Below, piece after piece: positions 54,808 through 64,000 of a stretch of DNA of 64,000 nucleotides. Each line of letters opens with the position of its first letter. Within the stretch, counting starts at the first letter, position 1. This DNA comes from Octopus vulgaris (Eukaryota), in the NCBI GenBank assembly GCA_951406725.2, contig OX597824.1:79546001-79610000 (forward strand), written 5' to 3'. The notes beneath the pieces are model-generated. The model searched no databases. It had not been told where the DNA came from and was given only the letters and a program-made list of their open reading frames with translations. A program made the translations under genes and the position numbers.

Positions 54808-56094
54808 TTGGGTCATTCCATCAATAATGCGGTTTTTCAGTTGCATGAACTAAAAGTCAGAGGGGGACGGGATAAACTATCTGCATCAACTTGTTATAGA
54901 AGCAGGTAGTAATTTTACCTTATCCTTATTCCTAGTGCAAATTTTGAAGAGTGCAGTTCGATTTTAACAGTTATTTTTTCAAAGCTATAATGGAAGTGAC
55001 AAAGGAGCATATTCGGCATATTTTGCTTTAGGAGATCAAAAAAGGCAACAATGTAACAGAAAGTGTGAGGAATATTAATACAGTATATGGGGATTGGACA
55101 ATAAGTGTAAGCCAGAGTCAACGTTGGTTCCAGAAATTCTAAGCTGGAAACTACAGCCTAGAAGATGAGCCTCATCCTGCAAGATCTGTAGAGCTCAGCG
55201 AGGACATCCTGGAAATCCTAGTGGAACAAAATCCCATTGTGACTGTTGAGGAACTAGCAGAGAAGCTTGGGTTTGGTCATTCTACCATTCATCAACAGCT
55301 GCATGTTATCAGAAAAGTCAGCAAATTGGATCAATGTGTTCCTCACAAACTTTCTGAGTCTAATCACGTGCAGAAAGTGAATGTGAGCTCTTCTTTGCTG
55401 TCACGTCTCAGGAATGAACCATTTTTGGACTGAATAGTGACTGGTGATGAGAAATGGGTTCTGTATAAAAATGTCAAGGGCTGAAGAAAGTGGGTAGGGA
55501 AAGGAGAAACACCGGCACCCCAGGCTTAAGGCGGTCTTCACCCATGCAAGGTGTTGTTACCTGTTTGATGGGATATGAGAAGTTTAGTATACTTTGAACT
55601 TTTAAACTCAAACCAAACAATAACAAAGGAGATCTACTGTGAGCAGCTTGAGCGGCTTATGTCAGCACTAGAAGAAAAACGACCATCTTTGGTTTCAAGA
55701 CGAAAGGTGTTCTTCCATCAGGATAATGCTTGGCCACATACACCGAGGATGACATTCCAAAGGCTGGAGCAGTTTGAATGGGCAATGATCCCCCACCCAC
55801 TATATTTGCTGGACATTGCCCCGTCTGATTATCATTTATTCTGCAGTCTTCAAAATCATTTAGATGGAAAAAATATGAATTCTGTAGATGAGGTCAGAAC
55901 AGTACTGGAGAAGTATTTTTCGTTGCAGACAAGTGAATTATGGAAGAGAGGTTTGGCAAGTCTACCAGATAGATGGAAGAGCATTGTAGAAAATGAAGGA
56001 GAGTATATTTTAGATTAAAAAAGAACTTTGTTTATCTTAATTCTGAAAAATAAAAGAAGTATTAAAAACCCACATTATTTATGGGATGACCCAA
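54808..56094 (+). mobile_element. Full-length mariner (1287 bp) with TIRs and TA TSD
   Basis: TA|TTGGGTCATTCCATCAATAATG ... CATTATTTATGGGATGACCCAA|TA. Confidence 0.95.
54990..56018 (+). pseudogene. Mariner DD34D transposase pseudogene (frame apparently preserved, several stops)
   Basis: MEVTKEHIRHILL*...VTGDEKW...FHQDNAWPH...DIAPSDYHLF...EGEYILD*. Confidence 0.9.
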
Positions 56095-56216
56095 TATATA
56101 TATATTCATACACATAACATCATACACAAACACACACACACACACACATTGTTTTACTTGTTCAGTTATTGATATGGACCTTATATATATAGATATAGAT
56201 ACACGTACACACACAT

Positions 56217-56254
<38 letters not shown>

Positions 56255-56849
56255 TTTTACTTGTTCAGTTATTGATATGGACTTTATATATATATATAGA
56301 TATAGATACACGTACACACACATGCACACACACACACACACACACACACAGAGGCACATTTCTTATTGATAAAACGATAAAATGATGTTGAAAATACATT
56401 TGAAGTAATCTAAAATATTCATTTCCATTAACTTAAACTGATTTTACCATTTTATGTTTTTCTAAAATAAATAGTGTCAATGATAACTCACTTTATACAG
56501 TAGCATGAACAGAGACAAAAATCACAAAATGGAGGATTGTAGCTTGGTGCCTCACAATAGCCGTTGGGGAAAGAACATTTTTGATTGGTTGTTTTAGACA
56601 TGTGATGTACTAAAAATTTGAATAATGGCTAAATGTCTTATAGTTGTTATTGGTGTATGTATCATTTTAATATAATAATTTGTTGTGTTGTAATTTATCA
56701 TTGTCACCTGTGTTGAATTTAGTGATCTGCATAAGAATTTCAATTACAGAGACTCTGAAATTAAATGGAATTGACTGTATGTCATCGTCATAATTGCTGT
56801 CATCATTATCATCAATGCGGTCCCTCTCCTCCTTATCATCATAGATATT

Positions 56850-56906
56850 GTTACCATTGTCTCCTTCATCATCATCATCATCTTCATCATCATCATCATC
56901 ATCATC

Positions 56907-56939
<33 letters not shown>

Positions 56940-57105
56940 TTCATCATCATCTTCATCATCATCATCATCATCATCATTGTTGTTGTCATTGCTGTCGTCT
57001 TCATCATCATCACTATCATCATTACCATCATTGTTATCATTATCATCATCATCATCATCATCATCGCTGTTGTCGTTGTCATCGTTGTCATCACTATCAT
57101 CATCA
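56850..57105. repeat. (TCA)n microsatellite
   Basis: Direct reading. Confidence 0.95.
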
Positions 57106-57358
57106 ATTTTGCTTTCATTTTTACAAGCAACTTTTTTTGCATGCTGGGTTAGATGAAACATATTGCAACAGTATTTTACCACCAGATGCCCTTCCTGTTG
57201 CCAACCCTTACTCATTATTACAAGTAAGGGCTTCCACACAGTGGAAACCACTAAACCGTAGCATGTATTGTTTTTGGCAGTCACACATACAATGTCATTG
57301 ATGCCCAAATGGTTTCAATGTGGAGATATGTGGAAGTAAACATTCATATACACATGTG

Positions 57359-57398
<40 letters not shown>

Positions 57399-57565
57399 AA
57401 ATATCCATTATGGTTTCCATCTACTAGGTTCAGTCACAAAGCATTTTCTAGTACAAGACTATGATGGAAAACACTTGCCCAAGTTTCCACATCGTAAGAT
57501 GGAACTTGACTATGCATATATATATATCTATCTATCTATCTATATATATATGCATATATATATAT

Positions 57566-57612
<47 letters not shown>

Positions 57613-57911
57613 CGGGTGGCACGTAAAAAGCACCCACTACACTCACGGAGTGGTTGGCGTTAGGAAGGGCATCCAGCCGTAGAAACACTGCCAGATTTGA
57701 CTGGGCCTGATGAAGCCTTCTGGCTTCACAGACCCCAGTAGAACCGTCCAACCCATGCTAGCATGGAAAACGGACGCTAAACGATGATGATGATGATGAT
57801 GATGATATATATGCATATGTAGATATATATATATATATATATGACCTCGTGTGTACCGTTGGCGATTTTTTTTCCTCTGTCTTCCCTTCTCTGGGTCTTT
57901 CCTTCTCCTAT

Positions 57912-57946
57912 GTTTCCGTCGAAGAGCTCCGCTCGCAACGTTAAAC
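57912..57946 (+). ncRNA. Degenerate H2 hammerhead copy (host repeat about 57843-58042, between TA tracts)
   Basis: GUUU-CCGUCGA-A-GAGCuccGCUC-GCAA-CGUU-AAAC. Confidence 0.5.
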
Positions 57947-58037
57947 CCTCCTTCTTTCCTGAGCATCCAGTAATACTATATTTGTTCCACGTCCTCGTGT
58001 TGTTGTGTTTTTTTTTTGTGCTTTCTTGTTTGGATTA

Positions 58038-58079
<42 letters not shown>

Positions 58080-58489
58080 TGAGAAAAGGTTGAGTTCTAT
58101 TTCATCCTTTACTTTGGAAGGTCACAAAGGTCAATTTCTAATAAAGATTCTTCATATTTCATTGGTAGCTTACTGTTATGAGAATTTTACGAATATGAAA
58201 ATGCTACATGTATAAGGTTTGTTACGAGGATTTATAGAAGAAATATCCTATAGAAACTCAACAAACTGTTAAAGTTGGAGAAGAGATGTTAAAATTCTTT
58301 TTAAATTTTTAACATCTTCTCTTCTTCGTCAAAAACAGTCTGTTGAGTTTCTAGATGGTATAATTTAATTTTTCATTATTGAATTGATAAAAGGTGTTTT
58401 TTTTCTAATTTATATATAAAGCTAAGACTTTAACTTTCAACCTGTTTCATTCATATTTTTAAGCGTTCCTACGAATTATATTCAAACTG

Positions 58490-58810
58490 GACTGGTGGCA
58501 CGTAAAAAGCACTATCCGAATCGTGGCCGATGCCAGCGCCGCCTCGACTGGCACCTGTGCGGGTGGCACGTAAAATGCACCAATCCGACCGTGGCTGTTG
58601 CCAGCCTCGCCTGGCACCTGTGCGGGTGGCACGTAAAAAGCACCCACTACACTCACGGAGTGGTTGGCATTAGGAAGGGCATCCAGCTGTAGAAACATTG
58701 CCAGATAAGACTGGAGCCTGGTGCAGCCTTCTGGCTTCCCAGATCCCTAGTCGAACCGTCCAACCCATGCTATAATGGAGAACGGATGTTAAACGATGAT
58801 GATGATGATG
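58490..58810 (+). mobile_element. SINE family C
   Basis: Family C body and (ATG)n tail. Confidence 0.8.
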
Positions 58811-58825
58811 ATATATTATATTTTG

Positions 58826-59031
58826 TGAGCTGGCAGAAACGTTAGCACGCTGGGCGAAATACGTAGCCGTATTTCGTCTGCCGTTACGTTCTGAGTTCAA
58901 ATTCTGCCGAAGTCGACTTTGCCTTTCATCCTTTCGGGGGTTGATAAATTAAGTACCAGTTATGCACTGGGTCGATATCTGTCCTTGTTTGTCCCCTCTG
59001 TGTTTAACCCCTTGTGGGTAGTAAAGAAATA
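58826..59031 (+). mobile_element. SINE family B
   Basis: Matches 7601-7830. Confidence 0.85.
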
Positions 59032-59294
59032 ATTATATTTTGTGAAATTTGATTTAGTATTTCTAAATTGAATTGTTCCCTGTAAGTTTGGAATAATATT
59101 CCCTTATATATATATAAACACACACACACACATGCAAATACAAACACATATACACACAAATATGTAAGTATGTATATGAATGGCATGATGATTGGCCCCA
59201 AAAGGAAATAAGTAGACATAGCCATCGTTTTGGAAGGGAAGGGGGAAGACAGGAAACTCCCTTGGCAGTATTTCATTTGTCTTCACATTACCCA

Positions 59295-59330
<36 letters not shown>

Positions 59331-60407
59331 CACACACACACACGCGCACACACACATCATTTTCCAGTAATATTAGATTTTGACAGGTGGTTATGGCAGC
59401 AAAACAATATAGAACCTCAATGTTGTTGTAGTTGTTGTTGTCGTTGTCATCGTCGTCGTCGTTGTTGTTGCCAAACAATCTTATGAGGAAACTCCTGCAA
59501 AATATAAAAGGAAAAAAAAAAGCCCAAAAAAAAAAATGTAAAAAAATGAAACAAAAAATAAAGCAAAAATAAGAACTCACCTCATCAAAAAAAAACACAA
59601 AAAACAATACACCCGCCCCCTCTGCCCTGAAAGTGAATTACAAAGCGTGATAAAAATATATTTGGAGTAAGCATGGGGTAAACAAAACCTGTTACATCAA
59701 CTTGCATCATTGATCATTCATCGGGAACGTCCACATGAAGCGGATGATCAACCATATTGATTATAAATATGTGTAGGAGGAGGAAGTGGTATCCTCAACA
59801 AAGACTTTGGGACATTTGAACCTCATGTAAATGTATTATTGTAGTAAGGACTGAGGTTTGGTCCCGGGGTTAACAATTTGTCTTTACAGCTATGTGATTC
59901 TGGGTTCAATATCATTGTGTGACACATTGGACAAGTGTCTTCTTCTACAGTTTTCGTTTCTGCTTGATCAATACCCTGTGAGTGGAGCCGTGAAGTTTAG
60001 TAGTTAGAAATTGTGACGTATATTATTTATAAGGCGGCCAGCTGGCAAAATCGTTACGGCACAGGATAAAACGCTCAGTGGCATTTTGTCCAATGGCTTA
60101 TGATCTTAGTTCAAATTCTGCTGGCGGTAAATTTTATAGGTGCAAGCATGGTTGTTTGGTAAGAAGCTTGCTTCTTACCAAAAGGCAGTGAGCTGGCAGA
60201 AACATTAGCACAACTGATGCTGGTGTGTTTACATCCCTGTAACTTAGCAGTTTGGCAAAAGAGACCGATAGAATAAGTACCAGGCTTACAAAGAATAAGT
60301 CCTCGACTAAAGGTGGTGCTCCAGCATGGCCACAGTCAGATGACTGAAACAAGTAAAAAAAAAAAAAGAGTTCCTTCTCGCGTATCATTATTTTTATTAT
60401 TATTGAA

Positions 60408-61095
60408 GGCAATGAGCTGGCAGAATTGTTAGAACACTGGATGAAATGCTTAGCAGTATTTTGTCTGTCACTACATTCTGAGTTCAAATTGTGCCTAGGT
60501 TGGCTTTGCTCTTCATCCTCTCAGGGTTGATAAATTAAGTACCAGTCAAGTGCTGGGGTCAATGCAATCAATTGTCCCTCCCAACAAAAATCCAGGCATT
60601 GTGGCCATAGCAGAAAGGATTATTATTATTATTACTATTGAAGGCAGTGAAGTGGCAGAATTGTTAGAACACTGGACAAAATACTTAGCAGTATTTCGTC
60701 CATCTCTATGTTCCGAGTTCAAATTCTGCCTAGGTTGACTTTGCCTTTCATCCATTTCGAGTCAATAAATTAAGCACCAGTTGAGTACTGGGGTTGATAT
60801 GATTGACTATCCCCCTCCCCACAAAATCCAGGCCCCTGCCTATAGTGGAAAAGATTATTATTATTATTGTTGTTTTTGTTGTTGAAGGCAGAATCGTTAG
60901 CATGCCGGGCAATATGCTTAGTAGTATTTTATCTGTCTTTACATTCTGAGTTCAAATTCCACTGAGGTTGACTTTGCTTTTCATCCTTTTGATATTGTTA
61001 AATTAAGTATCACTCGAATACTAGGGTCGATGTAATTGATTATTTCCCTCCCCCAAATTTCAGGCCTTGAAAGGACTATAGTAGAAAGGACTATT
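60408..61095 (+). mobile_element. Three consecutive older SINE-B-related copies with (ATT)n tails
   Basis: Heads at about 60408, 60640 and 60885, each with the TTTCATCC...AATTAAGTACCAG-like core. Confidence 0.75.
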
Positions 61096-61469
61096 ACTAT
61101 TATTCTTGTTATTGTTGTTGTTACTGTTATTGTTGCTTTGCTTTCTTATTCTCTTGTTTCTAACATCTGTCTTTCAAACAATAATAGATTTGATCAATTT
61201 TTATCTGTAACTCTTGTAATCTCTAACAGACTAATACTTTGATCTAATTTCGCTTGATCTTGTGTTAATATTGTTGTTGAGCTGTTCAGGAAAATATCTC
61301 ATTTATATTATTTTTCATTTATTTGCCTTTTATTTATTTTATATTGTGCTACTACTGCTGTATGTCCCCTCCACTCTTTACCTAATCATACATGTGTGAA
61401 ATACTTAGCCCCACTCCAAACACTTGCGTAATATCATCTCTTTCTTTATTACAATAAACCTATCCTTAT

Positions 61470-61830
61470 TTACAAAATTTACATTCGACGGATATTTGTC
61501 GTTAACATAATGTTTCGGCTGATATACCCTCCAGCCTTCTTCAGGTGTCTTAGGGAAATTTCAAACCTGGGTTCTCATTCTTAAGGTATTTTTTGATGTT
61601 GTTATTATTATTGTTATTTTTCAGGTAACTGCTTGGAATTGAACTTGGAATCTTGGGGTTAGTAGCCTGCACTCTTAACCACTATGCCATATCCCATGGG
61701 CAATTATGGAGTGAATTTTAGGGCTTATAAATCTAATATTTTTCTATCCTTCCTTAATACTGGTTCCCATATGCTGCTCATATCTGCACTCGGTCTGCTT
61801 TGTAGGTTGTTGTGTCCTAGCATATGTGCG
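61470..61830 (-). mobile_element. Penelope-like 3' end: ORF C-terminus, tRNA-like segment, (AAT)n, H1 hammerhead (61504-61549)
   Basis: SADMSSIWEPVLRKDRKILDL*; A box 61679-61689; B box 61635-61644; GACAC-CUGAAGA-A-GGCUG...CAGCC-GAAA-CAUU-AUGUU. Confidence 0.6.
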
Positions 61831-62284
61831 GCGCTGGCATCAGCCACGTTCGGATGGTGCTTTTTACGTGTCACCGGCACAGGTATCACAACTACAATTT
61901 CCATTTGATATTTATTTTGATGTTGATGTACTTGACTCAATAGGTCTCCTCAAGCACTGCAGATCACCCTACGATCCAAGGTAAGCACAGTAGGTCGTTC
62001 TGCAATTCAAGGTACTTTGGATGGGCTGGGGCTATGCGAAACTAGTGCAGGAAACAGCCATGAACTCACATTATTTGTTGGGTCTTTTATAAAAAAGAAG
62101 AAAAAAGGTATCCCTAGGCCAGGTTGTGATTGTGTAAAACCAGATGATGGCTTAAGGCCATCCTGATAAAGACACAATACTTATGATAGGCTTCTACATA
62201 GTTTCCAAACTCTTAAATTTTCTTCATAAGGGTTTGTTTAACCCAAGGTTACTGTAGAAGATATTTGCTCAGAGAACTAAACAT

Positions 62285-62439
62285 AGGCACAGGCGTGGCT
62301 GTGTGTTAAGAAGCTTGCTTCTCACCACATGGTTCCGGGTTCAGTCCTACTGTGTGGAATCTTGGACAAGTGTCTTCTACTATGGCTTTGTGAATAGATT
62401 TGGTAGATGAAAACTAAAAGAAGCCTGTCGTATATATGT

Positions 62440-62475
<36 letters not shown>

Positions 62476-62645
62476 CTGTGTTTGTTATCAATGCTGCTTG
62501 ACAACTTGTGTTGGTGTGTTTACATCCCTTTAAGCCAGTGCTTCAGCAAGAGAGACCAATAAAATAAGTATCAGGCTTAACTAAAAATTCTTCAAGGCAG
62601 TGCTCCAGCATGGCCACAGTCTAATGACTGAAATAAGTAAAAGAT
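62285..62645 (+). mobile_element. SINE family A (diverged)
   Basis: Matches family A. Confidence 0.8.
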
Positions 62646-63624
62646 AATGGAATTGAACTCTGGATTCCAGCTCCCAGATTTCTTTCATAAGATTTTGGTT
62701 GACTCATAGCTCCTTCTAGAAGACATTTTCCCCAAGATACACATAGAGGACTTGAACTCAAAACCTTGCTATTAGAAAGTACACTTCTCAACCACTCAGC
62801 TACACCTGACACTAACTACATGGTCCTCTGTGATTATGGCCATTCACCAAGTCTATCAAGTTCTTTGTTAGGAATTATCATCAACTCCACAGAAATCATA
62901 CTATAGACATTCTCATGCCGCTTTTGTCCAAGACAAATATTATCAGTCATTGCCTAATGTGATGCAGTATATTCTAATTAATTTTACTGTATTTCTAATT
63001 ATTCTCATTAATCCACTTATTATTCTCATGATTACCATAATACTTTCATAGCTAATGTATTGATAATGTTAAACTTGTTCTTAGCATAGAATTTTGTTTT
63101 TCTCTTCAGATATAATCCATCCATTATGATTATTAGACTTGTATATTGTATTCATGTTAATTTTGTCTTCTTTCAAGACCTAATCAGCCCACTTTAGTAA
63201 CAGCATTATATACTTTTATGCATACGTGTCTGCATGCACACATAAACACACACACACACACACACTCTTGCATATATTATATTTATATAAATACTTACGT
63301 ATTTAGTTTTGAATTGTGTTGTCCTTTAATATCTAATTAGCTATAATACTGATATTATATTAATAAGAGCTAATGAGAGGACCACTATGTAATCACTTGG
63401 TCTACTAGAAATAATAACCAAATATCCCTCAAATCATACCTTACCATCTAAAATGAAAGACACATAGGGATAGTGTGGTCCTTGATAAACTAAGCCTGGA
63501 TAAAAGAGTGGATGTGCAAGGCTGGAATGCTTTTATTAATACTTCTCATGCAGGGTGGGTCGACCTAGGGTTAAATAACAGCATCAACAATATATCAGGG
63601 TCATCATCATTATCGCCGTCGTCG

Positions 63625-63900
63625 TCATCATCATCATCATTTAATGTCTGTTTTCCATGCTGGCATGGGTTGGGTGGGTCAACAGTTCCTGGCAAGCTGG
63701 AGGGCTACACCAGGATTTAGTCGTCTGTTTTTGTATGGTTTCTACAGCTGGATGCCCTTCCTAATGCCAACCACTTTACAAAGTGAATTGGAGGCTTTTA
63801 TGTGGCACCAACACTGGTGTTTGTTATGTGGAGCCAGCACAGGTGTTTTCTATGTGGCACTAGCACAGATGCTTTTTATGTGGCACCAGCACAGATGCCA
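63625..63900 (-). mobile_element. SINE family C variant with short ~26-bp repeats
   Basis: CCATGCTGGCATGGGTTGG...GGATGCCCTTCCTAATGCC. Confidence 0.75.
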
Positions 63901-64000
63901 TGTTTCTTCTCTACTGCAAGACACCTTTTCCTGCCTTTCAGCACCACTCCACCTCTCACTTAAGGGGTCTTGTCTTACAACTTACTTGATGACTTCACTC

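Noticed and set aside
56667-57308. Asp-rich 213-aa ORF resembling an acidic biomineral protein
   Set aside because: It is a (TCA)n tract plus a SINE-C remnant (57135-57210); no signal peptide
59705-59752. Pre-miRNA-like hairpin TTGATCATTC...GGATGATCAA
   Set aside because: Only a ~10-bp stem; too short to support a call

Overview
AT-rich, repeat-saturated metazoan DNA. It is most likely Octopus/coleoid cephalopod, inferred from the SINE repertoire and the huge (TA)n/(CA)n/(CAT)n tracts; this was not verified by a search. Almost all ORF-track entries are microsatellite or SINE artefacts. The window holds at least four tRNA-derived SINE families, a 5S-rRNA-headed SINE-like chimera next to the LINE whose tail it carries, and decayed LINEs (CR1 group, RTE, R4/Dong). 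It also has Penelope-like element (PLE) remnants, mariner, hAT, piggyBac and MULE relics, two Helitrons and several MITEs. Only one convincing host exon was found: a phase 1-1 chitin-binding-type module at 22752-22892 (-). The main hidden signal is a set of about seven unrelated short repeat types that each fold into a minimal type I hammerhead ribozyme. They mostly sit in head-to-head inverted pairs within or near (TA)n tracts. One carries a natural C3:G8 to G3:C8 core swap, and one lies downstream of a PLE-like ORF end plus a tRNA-like Pol III promoter. All folds and alignments were read by eye, ribozyme activity is untested, and boundaries of decayed elements are approximate.
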